In this document: positions 1-13,362 of the stretch, in pieces
How the letters are laid out: each line of letters starts with the position of its first letter
Numbering within the stretch: the stretch's first letter is position 1
Source of the DNA: Anthoceros angustus
Taxonomy: Eukaryota > Plantae > Anthocerotophyta
Direction of reading: 5' to 3'
NCBI GenBank assembly: GCA_010909165.1
Contig: MU008161.1
Coordinates: 248,001-312,000 of the forward strand
Length of the DNA: 64,000 nt
Made by a program: the position numbers and the translations under genes
Notes under the pieces: model-generated
Seen by the model: only the letters and a program-made list of their open reading frames with translations
Database searches by the model: none
Told to the model about the DNA's origin: nothing

Positions 1-767
1 GCTCCGGCTCCGGCTCCAGCTCCGCCTTGCGGTAGCTCGGACGTGCAGGCGGACGTGCACAAATGAGGGAAGGGCATGCAATGCATGATGGATGTGAAAG
101 GTGGAGGGCTGGACGCCGTGGACGGGCTGAGACGAATGCGAAAGCCAACGCGCTGCTGCAAACCCCGAGCACCCTCCATTTACGCATACATACATATCTG
201 GATGTAAGCTCGCAGGCTGCTGGTGCTGGTGCTGGTGCGGGTTGTGTGTGTGGTATGTGTGGTTGCAGTGGTGGTTGGCTGTTGCAAATGCTGCAGCAGC
301 AGCTGCTGCAGCTGCAGCTGCCGCAGCAGTTGAGCAGGAATCCAAATAAAGGGCACGGAGGGCTGCACAAAACTGCACTGCATTGCCCTGGCCTGCCCTG
401 GGTCCTGGGTCCTGGGTCCTGGGGCCCCGGACCTCGACCTCCTACTGGGTTGCGAGGAGGGTTGCTCTGACTCCCCTGACGCCCTTGTTTGCTTGCGACA
501 GGTCACAGAGCAGAGCGCGGCAGCGAGGTGGTGGGCACTGGTATCCGCCCTCCTTCTTCGCCCAATAGCACAAGCTCCTGCTAATCCGGTGGTTAGCGTG
601 CCATTCTTGGCAGAAGAAGGGAAGTGGAAGGGAAGCGGAAGGGAAGCGGAAGGGAATTAGAAGCCAAGTGTGTATCTAGAAGGGAGGGAATCGCGTCTCA
701 CTGCCTGCCAATTCTTCCAGCCCCAGTGTCGTATCGTCGCGTCTGGGCCCATCATCTCACCACTTAC

Positions 768-3071
768 TCAGTCGATTCGCCCATCATCAGCGCCTTCTGC
801 AAAGCGTGCAGTGCGAAGCAAGCGCAAAGGGCAAAGGGCAAAGGGCGAAGGGCAAGGGCAAGCCGGGCGGGAATGATTGACGCAGCCCGGTGCCCGGTCC
901 CGACCACCGGCACGCGGAGCGCTGTCGGGGCCTAGAGAGAGACTCCCCATACCTGATCCTGATGCTGATGATCTAGATAGCCCCCGGCCCCACTGCATTG
1001 CAGTAACAAGACACATAACAAAGAAATCCTGCAAAAAGCAAGCTTGCATCTCTAATCTCCCTCAGCCCCAAAGACCTGCGCGTGAAGGCATCGCTTTAAG
1101 GCCGCGCTTGGCGGGATGGCAAGTTGGAAGTCGAGCCCCAGCCCGAATCCCGATCGCCGATTTCCGATTTCCGATTTCCGATTCCCGATTTCGAAACGCC
1201 CCTTCCCTCCCTTTGGACAAGCCTTATTTATAGACGGTCGCCATGAAAGCGGATCGTCTAATCCTGGATTTGCACTTAATGGCGCCGCACGTGGCACCCT
1301 TGAGTCCCAAAAAACAAACCAAGCCCAGGTCCCCAGCAGCCCAGCTCCCAGCATGACAAACCCCGCCAAACAAACGGCCATGCAAAAGCCCCCGGTCGCC
1401 GACCCCCGGCGGGCCGGCACCCTTCCTTCCCCTTGGGGTTTGGAGACCGTTGGGCGGAGAGGTTGACCGGCGGTCACGGGCCGGACACCCCGATTCACAT
1501 TCACATTCACGCCGCACGCGTGACCTCGACACAGGCAGCGGCTCTAACCCGTCACCATCAACCGTTCCCATTCGGAATTCGGAATTCGGAATTCGGACTT
1601 GGGATTTCGGACTTCGGACGGACATCATGATTCCCGCCCCAACGGACACAAAGCCCGCCTGCCCGTTCCCTGGCTTTATTAACCCGCCCTCACCCTCAAC
1701 CCCAGAGGCTCAGCCTGACATAACATAACATAACATAACATGACATGACATGGTATGGCCAGCGCGCCGCCCCGGCTGTCATGTTACGGACGCTCTCCTG
1801 CCGCTGCGTCGCTCATCAACGGCGTCACATCGCTCCTCGCTGCCGCTACCTACCTGCTTACAGACAGCTAATAAGCCTTCAAATTCTGCTGCTAATCGTA
1901 CCGCAATGGGCAGAGGCAGCAGGCAGGCTGCAGATGGCAGCGCCCGTTTTCTGTTGCTGCAGCACGCAAGGCATCTACGGAGGCCGAGGCCCAAGCATTT
2001 CGAGTTTAATTTCATGTGGGCGTTGGTTACCAGGCCGACTGCAGTGCTGGTGTGGGTGTTTGGCGTTGCCCCACTACGTCACCGCAGCCCACTTTGCACG
2101 TGGCTTCCATCGCCAGCCAAAGACATGGGGAATTTAGGGCCGGGCTCCGGGCTCCGGGCTCCGGGCTCCAAGTGGGGCCCGCCCGGCCAGGCCCCGTTGG
2201 ATCACATGGGGGCGTAGGCCCACCGTCTCGTCCCGTCCCGTAGGGCGGGACCCGTTGCGCACATCCAACGGAAACGGACTACTGCTTGCCGGCCTCGCCT
2301 CATTTCTTTTATCACTCACCTGCATCGTATCATTGTTGGGATATTTGGTGCGTGGATTTAAAATGCACCTGCATGTACCGTCACACTTTGCACGATGGAT
2401 TTCGAGACCTTATCGTCTCCGTTTTATCCTAGAAATACATGATGTATGCTCCCTTGTTGGATTGCTGTGTGACTCTTTTTCTCCTTTTTCGTTTTTCCTT
2501 TGGAAAAAGACGAAGAAGAAGGGAAGGGTAGATAGATGTTATTCCCTCTGGGAGGTATTAACCGCCAGGACTGGATACTGGATGGCAGCAAGGAGCAGAG
2601 TAGTTCGTACGGTTGGGTTGAAACGAGTAGCATGCATGAGGAGTAGGATAATGCAGTGGCTACATGGGACGCCAAGCCTCCATGTGACAACATATGTATG
2701 CTACAAGCATGTGGAGCCGGAATGGTGCTGCACCCGGTGGGCATATGCTTTCAGCATACGCGCGCGATATGCCCACATGAGGATATACGGAGTATAGTAT
2801 GCATGTAGGTAGGGAGACCTAGTCTACAAGGGAAATAATTCCAATGGCTGGACGGATGCCAAACGAGAATGCTCGGGCTCAAGAGCTGGGAACGGACGAA
2901 CGGACGAACGGACGAACGGACTTCGGACAGCGGACGAGGGGGATGCGGGATGCAGGCGCCGCATATGCTCGAAGCCTGAAAAATGGGATTGGGGAAGGAA
3001 TGTCCACACTCCAGACTCCATGGAGGAATTGCGGGGGCAACGAACTCGATCTCAACTACTTGTTCGGCTTC
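768..3071 (-). CDS. Candidate unidentified multi-exon gene with very short exons (e.g. 768-796, 1854-1891, 2320-2368, ~2970-3071) in GC-rich, microsatellite-laden introns
   Basis: AG/GT-bounded stop-free mini-exons on the minus strand (KALMMGEST, AEFEGLLAVCKQ, CILNPRTKYPNNDTMQ, AEQVVEIEFVAPAIPPWSLECGHSF); phases could not be fully chained and no family was recognised. Confidence 0.25.
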
Positions 3072-3896
3072 TAGTCGGCTTGTGCTGGCTGCTGCGTGCT
3101 GCGTGCTGCCTGCTGCCTGCTGCCTGCTGCCTTCTGCAAGCTTCTGCTTTTGGGGGACCGTGAAGCGGATTAATCTCCACTATCTAGGTAGGGGGCGCGA
3201 AACCGGATGGCATAGAATATTTGTAGTCTAGGCAGGAAAGTGGAATGTAGAGTGTGAGGCGGGCTGGCCCGCCTCCCCGCCCCACCTTGCAGACTCCTTC
3301 CTACTCAGGTGTCCTTTGCAGCGAGGGGCAGTGTGGTGCAATCATGGGCGCCTGGCATGGCGTGGCCTTGCCGGACAAGACCCCAAATCCTCCCGAATCC
3401 GATTAGTATCGGGTGCAGGCCAATGGTGTGCTTTCCTTTCCCAAATTTCTAGCCCTGCGCCTGCGCACTGCCATGAATAGTGCACTGCACAGGTTCGCGA
3501 TTCCCCAATTCCATTGCCCGCTATGATGCCATGTCCACAGACAGATACCACCCACCTCCTTCCCCTCGCCTAGGTCACTAGCCGATTCACCAAATGTTGC
3601 TCCCAGTCCCAAGCCAGGCTGCCAAAGGCCAAGGAGAGGAAAGCCCACCAGCCGAAGGCATTGAAGGCAAGCGGAAACGAAAGGCCGCATGCAGCTTAGT
3701 GTACAGCTGCAATGTTGCAAGCCACCTGTACTTGTTGCAACTGGCTTGTGTGACAAGAGAGGAAGGGACAGCGGGTTAAAGGCAGATGGGTTTCTCGTCC
3801 GTCCTGGACTCTGGACCTGCCCTTCTTTGCGATGCAGTTGCTGCGGCCCACCTCGGGCCGCTGCCCCTTTGTGGTGAGTGGCTGCCCGCCTGCACT

Positions 3897-3965
3897 GGCC
3901 TGGGCCTGGGCCTGGGCCTGGGCCTGGGCCTGCGCCTGCGCCTGCGCCTGCGCCTGCGCCTGCTG
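3897..3965. repeat. Compound hexamer microsatellite (GGCCTG)n(CGCCTG)n; other short SSRs near 617-655, 826-860, 1150-1195, 1575-1620, 1718-1752, 2140-2168, 2893-2925
   Basis: Directly visible tandem units; they generate the PG/QA/WA low-complexity ORFs in the track. Confidence 0.9.
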
Positions 3966-5744
3966 GGCTGGGCCCCCGCGGCCCGCTCCAGTCCAGACTC
4001 CCGGCCACGGCATCTCCCCAATCCCATCCTCTCCCTCTCTTGCCTCTCAGCGCACGCAAGCGCCAAAGCGATTCGCAATTCGCGAACCCGACTCACGCCA
4101 CCCTTTCCAGCCCGCGTCTTTCCGAGGCCGGGCCCAGGCCCACGCCCAGCCTCCAGGTCCAGCAGCACATGACATGACACATCAATCTCTGCTGCTGCAC
4201 CGCTTCGGACTGTCGGGAACAGCCTACCTAAATTAGCCCACGGCAGCACATACTGGTAGGCTCCAGGTCTCCGGGCGCCGGGCGTCCACTGCCAGCCCCT
4301 GAACTCCCCAAGCCCAGCCCCGCGGAATACCCGACCCCATCGACGACCATACAATATGTGTTGCTGTGTCGTTGTACTCTTACAGTTATGCAATCCGCTG
4401 CTATGCGTCCACACTTCCAGATTTCCAGACTTCCAGTCCCAGGAGCCTGTCTCCCAGCAATGTGCACTAGACTAGACTAGCCTACTTCCAGCATCTTTCA
4501 CCTGTGCTGCGCCTTCCTCAATCCTCTTGAGGACACGTGATGCCGCTTCTCGTCCCTCCTTGCGGCTCTGAACACCACGCCCACGCAGCTGCCAGCCACA
4601 CAGTCGCTTCGCCAACCATATGCAGTGCATGTATGTTGTATATGCCCTAACGCCCACCGGGCCAATGATCGCCGTAACGGCCCATCTCCCCCCTCATGCA
4701 ATGCACCGCATTCGGCGCGCTCTGCACTCCCTCCCTCCCCACTGCACTCTGCACCGCATATCTATACGCTATTCCAATTCATGTAAAGCTCACATGCCCT
4801 CTCTCCCATTTTCCCAACCTATCCATGTCCATAGATACGTTTCGCGTGCTCCCCTCGGACCCTCCCGACTCCCGAGCAACCACCCCTAATAATCTCAACA
4901 CCTGCTCCAGCCAGCACCCTCTCTCTCACAATCCTGTTATTCCCACCAACTGTTATACCAGCAAAAGCAGAAAGGAAGAAAGGGAGCAAGGTGGCGGATG
5001 CATCCTACACATCATGAGACCTCCACAGCACGAGAGGGAGCGGCGGCGGCGAGGGAAACGGGCCGAGCCTGGCCTGGCCTGCCCGGGCCCATGCACTCCA
5101 CTCCGTACCACGGCCCCACCTCCTCGCGTTGCACCCCTCTGCATCTTTCGTGTGGTGAAAATTGGGGAATCTACTTTCCCTGCAACTCCCTTTCTACACA
5201 TGTACCTCTTCATTTTCCGTGGAATATCATGCACTTCCTACATCATCCTTATTACCACCACCCATTTTTCACCCACTTCTTTCATCCTTCTCGTTCCTTC
5301 ATTTTTGGAAATTAAATATTATTATTTTATTATATAAAAATATTTTCAATTAATCATAATAAAATAAATTCTATATAGACTATAAATACTAAACCTATAT
5401 AGACGTACAATATCTTGAAGATATGAGGATTATGAAGGATGCAATTGTTCATGGCATCTTTGCAAATGGTCCGCATAGGGAAGTGCTCAATAGGATGCAC
5501 ATCCAACATATTCTCTTGGTCTCTCATTCCTCCTTCCTATATTCAGTGAAGCAAAGAATAAGTGTCAAGGTAATCATATATTAAGGTTTTGTATCTTCTC
5601 TCAAGTTAGTTCAACTTGGGCACATATGAAGAGGACCCTAATTTGTGTAGTTGAGAGGAAAATGTACTTTTATATCTATTCTGTAACCCTAAATGGTTTC
5701 GGAGGGAGGGGCTTACAATAGGCTATGAGCCCGTAGGGCTTCAC

Positions 5745-6090
5745 AGGATTTCGAAGGGACTTAGTAGAGGTGTTGGAACCGAGGTCGCTTAAATGTGGAG
5801 TTATTGCAAACTCTTGTTGATATGTGAGTCCTTCAAGGGAGGACAAAATAAGTTACTCAAGGATTTTGAAAGGGCCTTAGAAGAGGTGTTGCAAACCAAG
5901 GTCGCTAAAATGTGGAGTTCTTGCAGACTTTTGTTTGTATGTGACTCATTAAAGGGAGGACAAAATAAGTTACTCGAGGATTTTGAAGGGCCTTAGTAGA
6001 GGTGTTGCGAACCGAGGTTGCTTCAGGAGTTCTTGCAAACTCTTGTTTATATGTGATTCCTTCAAGGGAGGACAAAATAAGTTACTCATC
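5745..6090. repeat. Diverged tandem repeat, ~115-bp unit, 3 copies
   Basis: Recurring GGATTTTGAA(A)GGGCCTTAG..GAGGTGTTG...AAGGGAGGACAAAATAAGTTACTC. Confidence 0.8.
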
Positions 6091-6274
6091 TCTTGACTAT
6101 GACATTCTTACAAACTCATTTTAAGAGAAGTAAAGGACTTTATAAAGAGTTATTTTCACAAGAGTTCTCATCATGAGGCTTCCGAACTCATTTCTAGAAA
6201 AGTGAAGAAGGTTATGAAGAATAATTTTCACAAGAGGAATTCATGACGGAAATGTAGAAAAAAACCACACGAGG

Positions 6275-6480
6275 CTCGATGCCAAATGTGTTGCCTCCTT
6301 TGAAACTTCCCCGGAGGGTTTCTAGAGGCTTGATGCTTGATGAGGTGCCTCCTTTGAAACCGCCCAAAAGAGTTTTCAAAGGCTTGATGCTTAATGTGTT
6401 ACCTCTTTTAAAACCACCGAGAGAGTTTTTAAAGGCTTCATGCATGATGAGTAGCCTCCTTTCAAACCACCTAGGAGAGT
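6275..6480. repeat. Diverged tandem repeat, ~57-bp unit, ~3.5 copies
   Basis: Recurring GATGC..AATG..GCCTCCTTTGAAAC...GGCTT; read as M.NVLPPLKPP.RV..GL repeats in ORF 6279-6491. Confidence 0.75.
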
Positions 6481-9400
6481 ATAGATCATGAGATAGATCT
6501 CAAGCTAGAAAGTACACTATCTTCAAGAGCATCGTACAAGTTTGTGGGATGAGTTGTACAAGTTTGCAGGATGAGCTATAAGAGACCTGAAGAAACAAAT
6601 GTCTAATATGCTTGCCAAGGATTATTAGTTTCGGGGCCAAGTTACCTAATTATATACCACGTTAGTTCAGTGGCCAAAACATATAATGTGTGGGTTTTGG
6701 GTTATATGGAGGCAAGTGTTCAGGTGGGGCGCATGGTGGTCGCTCTGCATGCGAGCGCACTTGTGCTGACGCAGTTCTTTGGAGCCTTGGATAAGGGGCG
6801 CAGTGTTGGGGTCTGCCTTTGGGTACAAGGCATTGCATGGGGGCCCCAACAGCCTCCATCCTCGGCGGGCGTAGCAGGCGGCGGGTCCCGGTGGCGGCAA
6901 GGCAAGGCTCGAGTGTGGGTGCGATGAGGCATGGCGGCAAGGCCCAGGTTTTTTAGGGCACCTGGCCCCGGCGAGACCCGATCCGTCGCCGGGGCGACGC
7001 CTTCCCGTACCGCGCCGCCCTAACTGGGTTCCCCGGGGTGCGGACCTAGTGGTTAGCGTGCCCCGCACGCCTTGGGCTCAACCGAGGCAAGACGATGGCA
7101 CTTTCATGCATGGGGCTATAGGAGTTGGGTTTGCGGGGATGGTTTGACGACCGAGAAGTTTCGTGGGGCCTCAAGGTTTTTAGGGTTTCAACCATAGTTT
7201 CGACAGCTGGGGCAGGTACGGGCGCGGGCTCAATGGGTTGTTCCAAGTTTTGGCGGGTTGCGGCCTCTCTGGGTGGGGGCCTCTGGCCAGTCTATTGGGG
7301 CTTGCCGTACAGAGTGCACCCTCTGTATGTCCGATAATGGCCGGGGATTTTCTGTCCACAGTCATGGGTGCCTCCTTGGCCCTAACTCTCCTCGTTCCTT
7401 TTTCTCCTCAATGGGGCGACCCACACCTTCTGGGACCCCCAAGGACACTTCCTGTCCAATTTGTGCCTAGCTTTGATGCAGAATTAAAGGGGTAAAAATA
7501 CACATTGGGCTTACGTATAAGGACTTCAACCAGACTACTTGGGCGGCCCAAGTGTGTCTTACCACCCCCACCACCTCCATGGGGCAGGGTCCGGTCCAAC
7601 TCCCTTCTTTTAGGGGCACCTCTTTCATCTTGGGAATGGTTGTGGACTCAGCTGGATCATATCCTTGGGCTGTTTGAAACCCGCTTTCATTGCTTGCGTA
7701 TCTTTTGGAGGCTCCCCAGGCACCTCCACGATCACGCCCGCTTAGCATTCCATCCTCCTTTGGACCGCCTTGCGCTTGACTCCCACGATGAGTTGGCCAG
7801 GTGTCTCAGACTTCTTCTATTTCTCCCTTGGTGGTGTTTGCGCTGTACAAAGGGTGGGGCTTTTGGCCATGGGGAGGTCGCCACCCGTCTCCGACGTTTT
7901 CGGGCCGGCGATTGGGCATCTCTCCAAGAGTAGGCTTTGCGTGCTTCCAGGGCTTGTGCGGAATCATGCAGCGGATAGACAGGCATAAGGAAACGTAGTA
8001 AACCTCTTTGAGTTGTTAGGCCAAGCATGTGAATTTGCCCGAGCTGCCAAGGCCCTTGGCCCCTCCCTTTGGACCTTGCTTTGGAGGAGACCATTGTGGC
8101 CCTCTGAGCCATCCATCAAGCCTCAAAGAACGCCATCCCCCCGGACATATGCGACTATGTCTTGAGGACCCCTTCTCCCTGGATCCGACAGCTTTTGCTC
8201 TGGCCCTCTCTACAGCCCCTCGTCTCTCATCTATCGGGTTGTCTGGAAAGATGTTGGAACATCTTAGGGATCTTTTTCTCCTGGAAGACCCTTCTAGTGG
8301 CATCTCAGAGCTTTTTTCCCTGGCTACTGCTGTGACTCGGGGTAAGATGCCTCATCGGATGTCTCAAATTTTCGCAGCTAGCAAGGTAGTTGCTATGGAC
8401 AAGCCCGCTCCCTCAGGCGTGCCCCCCCTTGCGATTGGGGAAGCCTTCATGTAGCTTCTCAGCCGTACTAATCCCTCCAATGCCGCTTCCTTCTCCAGCA
8501 GCACTCAATCCTGGTGTTTGGAGTGAAGGTAGCCCTCGATACCGACCCAGAGTGGGTGGTCTTATAGGTGGACGTGGAGAATGCCTTCAGTACTCTCTCC
8601 AAAGGCATCATCTTCGAGGAACTTAAGGACGCTGGCGGTGTCTTGGGGAGCCTTATCTTTCGTCAAGTGCTTCTACGGGAGGTCCTCAAACTCAGACACA
8701 AAGACAAAAAGCGTATCATTTAACAGTGTCTCTCAGCATATGGGTTTGTCTTCGAACCCCATTTTTGCTCCAACCATCCAGAAATGCACATGTCTCATTT
8801 CATTGTTTTCAGTGATTTGCGAACCCACGGCCCACGCATTCAATCCCAAAAGAAGACCTAATGTGCCCACCGTCCACACAAATGCCGAACACCCCTTTGT
8901 ATCAAGTGGCCGAATGATTGGCGCACATATGCTCCAAAGAGCTGGAGTGCGCCACACGTCCGGCGCACCTATACTCCAAAGAGGTGCAGTGCACCAGGTT
9001 TGGAGAGGGTTGCATCAATACTTGTGCAGGCAACCACTTTCGTTCAAGTTGCGTGTGCACACTTGCCACCGCACCAACACTCACATCAATTTTCTTTTCA
9101 AACCCTGTGATTCAGAGCAATCCCAGACGATAGGCATACCCTGTCTGACCTGCCTCCTCCATGTCGGAGATAAGCCGCACTTAGGTCTACAGCTTTAGGC
9201 CCCGCGGGCGAGAGTTGAGCAAGGTAAAGGATGGTGAGGCCTCCTCAACCCCTCTTGATCAAACTCTTCAAAGCTTACATTTCTTCTTATCAAGTCCGTA
9301 CCGCTTTCAACCTTAGTCTACCCATGGGTGGCAGATGATGCAAGTCAAATCTTAAATTCAAAATCTTCTGGCGAAGCTCGGCTATGGTTCTTCTCTGAAC

Positions 9401-9862
9401 ACCTAACTGCGCCACAGCTATAGTGGGCATCACAGTGGGTATAGATAGGTCCTCCTTCAGAGCCTTACTGAAATACTCAGCCATTTGGTCAAACCCCACT
9501 GGGCGACGCCCTCTTTCTTCAAATACTCTGGCTCTCACTAGGGCTCGCTGGCAGGTAGATGCTCTCTTATGCTTGTGTTCGTGCATCCGAGGCTTTCATT
9601 ACTCAAGGACAAATCATCTATTCTATTTATTTTCTTGCTTCTCTGCAAAACATTGTGAAACATTGTCGTCTTCAAAAGGTTGGCCATTAGAAACCACCAT
9701 CATACATGTCGAATTTTGGAAAATGTAGCTCATCTAGAAACCAAGGCCCATGCATCTATCGTGCATCAAACTCGAATGAGCTTGACATTTGGTGCACCAA
9801 TCAAAGAGATCCAAGCAAGTCATCGGTAGGGGCACATAGAGTAAGGCCAAAAGATTTTACAT

Positions 9863-12320
9863 CCATGCCTCCTTGGCCCCTCCTCGTTCCTTTTTCTCCT
9901 CAATGGGGCGACCCACACCTTCTGGGAACCCCAAGGACACTTCCTGTCCAATTTGTGCCTAGCTTTGATGCAGAATTAAAGGGGTAAAAATACACATTGG
10001 GCTTACGTATAAGGACTTCAACCAGACTACTTGGGCGGCCCAAGTGTGTCTTACCACCCCCACCACCTCCATGGGGCAGGGTCCGGTCCAACTCCCTTCT
10101 TTTAGGGGCACCTCTTTCATCTTGGGAATGGTTGTGGACTCAATTTGGATCATATGGGCTTTGAAACCCGCTTTCATTGCTTGCGTATCTTTTGGGCTCC
10201 CAGGCACCTCCACGATCACGCCGCTTAGCATTCCATCCTCCTTTGGACCGCCTTGCGCTTGACTCCCACGATGAGTTGGCCAGGTGTCTCAGACTTCTTC
10301 TATTTCTCCCTTGGTGGTGTTTGCGCTGTACAAAGGGTGGGGCTTTTGGCCATGGGGAGGTCGCCACCCGTCTCCGACGTTTTCGGGCCGGCGATTGGGC
10401 ATCTCTCCAAGAGTAGGCTTTGCGTGCTTCCAGGGCTTGTGCGGAATCTGTGCAACGGATAGAACAGGCATAAGGAAACGTAGTAAACCTTCGGTGCTGA
10501 AAGTTGTTAGGCCAAGCATGTGAATTTGCCCGAGCTGCCAAGGCCCTTGGCCCCTCCCTTTGGACCTTGCTTTGGAGGAGACCATTGTGGCCCTCTGAGC
10601 CATCCATCAAGCCTCAAAGAACGCCATCCCCCCGGACATATGCGACTATGTCTTGAGGACCCCTTCTCCCTGGATCCGACAGCTTTTGCTCGCCTCTCTG
10701 GCCCCTCGTCTCTCTCATCTATCGGGTTGTCGGAAAGATGTTGGAACATCTTAGGGATCTTTTTCTCCTGGAAGACCCTTCTAGTGGCATCTCGTAGCTT
10801 TTTTCCCTCTACTGTGACTCGGGGTAAGATGCCTCATCGGATGTCTCAAATTTTCGACTAGCAAGGTAGTTGCTATGGACAAGCCGCTCCCTCGGGCGTG
10901 CCCCTTGCGATTGGGAAGCCTTCATGTAGCTTCTCGGCCGTACTAATCCCTCCAATGCCGCTTCCTTCTCCAGTGACTCAATCACGGTGTTTGGAGTGAA
11001 GGTAGCCCTCGATACCGACCCAGAGTGGGTGGTCTTATAGGTGGACGTGGAGAATGCCTTCAGTACTCTCTCCAAAGGCATCATCTTCGAGGAACTTAAG
11101 GACGCTGGCGGTGTCTTGGGGAGCCTTATCTTTCGTCAAGTGCTTCTACGGGAGGTCCTCAAAACCTGTATTACCAGCACAAAAACGTATCATTTAACAG
11201 TGTCTCTCAGCATATGGGTTTGTCTTCGAACCCCATTTTTGCTCCAACCATCCAGAAATGCACATGTCTCATTTCATTGTTTTCGATGATTTGCGAACCC
11301 ACGGCCACGCATTCAATCCCAAAAGAAGACCTAATGTGCCCACCGTCCACACAAATGCCGAACACCCCTTTGTATCAAGTGGCCGAATGATTGGCGCACA
11401 TATGCTCCAAAGAGCTGGAGTGCGCCACACGTCCGGCGCACCTATACTCCAAAGAGGTGCAATACCGGTTTGGAGAGGGTTGCATCAATACTTGTGTAGG
11501 CAACCACTTTCGTTCAAGTGCGTGTGCACACTTGCCGCACCAACACTCACATCAATTTTCTTTTCAAACCCGTGATTGAGCAATCCTGACGATAGGCATA
11601 CCACACGACTGCCTCCTCCATGTCGGAGATAAGCCGCAGGTCTGACTTTAGGCCCCAGCGAGTTGAGCAAGGTAAAGGATGGTGAGGCCTCCTCAACCCC
11701 TCTTGATCAAACTCTTCAAAGCTTACATTTCTTCTTATCAAGTCCGTACCGCTTTCAACCTTAGTCTACCCATGGGTGGCAGATGATGCAAGTCAAATCT
11801 TAAATTCAAAATCTTACGGCTGCTATGGTTCTTCTCGAACACCTAGCTGCGCCCACTATAGTGGCATCACAGTGGGTATAGATAGGTCCTCCTTCAGAGC
11901 CTTACTGAAATACTCAGCCATTTGGTCAAAATCCCCAGCTAGGGCGATCAGCCCTCTTTCTTCAAATAGTCGCTGGCTTTGACTAGGGCTCGCAATGGCC
12001 AGGTAGATGTTCTCTTATACTTGTGTTCCGCTGCATCCGACAGGCTTTCATTACTCAAGGACAAATCATCTATTCTCTTTATTTTCTTGCTTCTCTGCAA
12101 AACATTGTGAAACATTATCGTCTTCAAAAGGTTGGCCATCAAAAACCACCATCATATATGTCGAATTTTAGAAAATGTAGCTCATTTAGAAACCAAGGCC
12201 CATGCATCTATACGTGCATCAAACTCGAATGAGCTTGACATTTGGTGCACCAATTGAAAAGATCCAACTGCAAGTCATCGGTAGGGGCACATAGAGTAAG
12301 GCTGAAAAGATTTTACATGT
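9863..12320 (+). repeat. Second copy of a ~2.5-kb tandem duplication (first copy ~7368-9862) covering the CRE 5' part and the left part of the TIR element
   Basis: Colinear near-identity with many small indels; junction AAGATTTTACAT|CCATGCCTCC at ~9862. Confidence 0.9.
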
Positions 12321-13362
12321 TATATACAAAGCAAATGTGGGAACATAATATCAACCAACAAATAATTTTCAAAAATAATATTCATGACTTTACGGCTAGA
12401 TATTGGGATGATTTACAAATTTTTCAAACCACTAAAAATCAACACTCCATTCCAATACTGATCCGCCTCTAGGTTCCTTAACAGTGGAGTTGTTACAAAG
12501 TTTTCATAGCACCAAAAACAAGCAAACCATCCTAGTACTGATCCAACCCAAGAGTGCTCAACCATGGAGATCTTATGCTATTGGATCTATCTACACCCTT
12601 ACCAAACAAATACTATTTTGGAAGATACAAATAATATATATACATTTGCACCGGACGTCCGGCGCATCCACTTCACCACTTCCATCGCGCTGGACCCTGC
12701 AAGATTTGGTCTCCCAGAAAAGCGCCGGACATCCGGCGCAGGCTTTAGCAGACTCATGCTAATGTGCCGAACGTCCAGCACATTGCTTCAATTCCTTCCT
12801 CTATTTTTCACTCTAACAATGGAGATCCCAGGATTGTGTACTCATAGTGCATCAGACGTCTAGCGCTACTTTCTAGAGTCGTAGTTTGTTCCTCTTGAGA
12901 TGGTCATGATCAGGCTATCGGTTAATGTTCTCTCACAATTGCGCGGATGTCCGTGTGATTTGCTTCTTTTCGGTTGCTTCTTTTGCGTGTTGGTTGCCGG
13001 ACGTCCGCGATTTGTCTTCTTGGACTAGTTTGGTTTGGTTTGCCTACTGTTCACCCTGCTAGGAAGTACTATCGCCTGCGAAAGAGGTATTTAGGATTCC
13101 TAGCACCTGTTAAAAATCCTTGAAATCCCTTCCTTGTGAAGGTGAAATCCGCGAACCTTCTTTGGCTTAAACCCTATTAGCCTAAGTATTCGCGAGAAAA
13201 TAACATGGTCAATGTTTTTCTGTACATGTCTAAAGAGTGGTTTTGCTAAAGATGATGCATTTTGGCCCGTTTTCGGGGGTCATTTTTTGGTCTTTAGGGA
13301 CCCAAACCCCTTTAATGGAGAATAATCCCTATGCTGAGAGACAATGTTATTTGCCGTATGTG
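11178..13362. mobile_element. TIR-bounded DNA element inserted into the CRE RT domain (left part duplicated at ~8698-9862)
   Basis: 11195-11214 TAACAGTGTCTCTCAGCATA is a 19/20 inverted match to 13330-13349; RT motifs LYYQH and LESAIG lie just outside; decayed minus-strand ORF with PCSTRW (hAT-like, weak); repeated CCGGACGTCCGG-like palindromes at 12650-13010. Confidence 0.6.

Noticed and set aside
3403-4414. Overlapping 100-218 aa ORFs on both strands
   Set aside because: Produced by GC-rich hexamer microsatellites; no domain content
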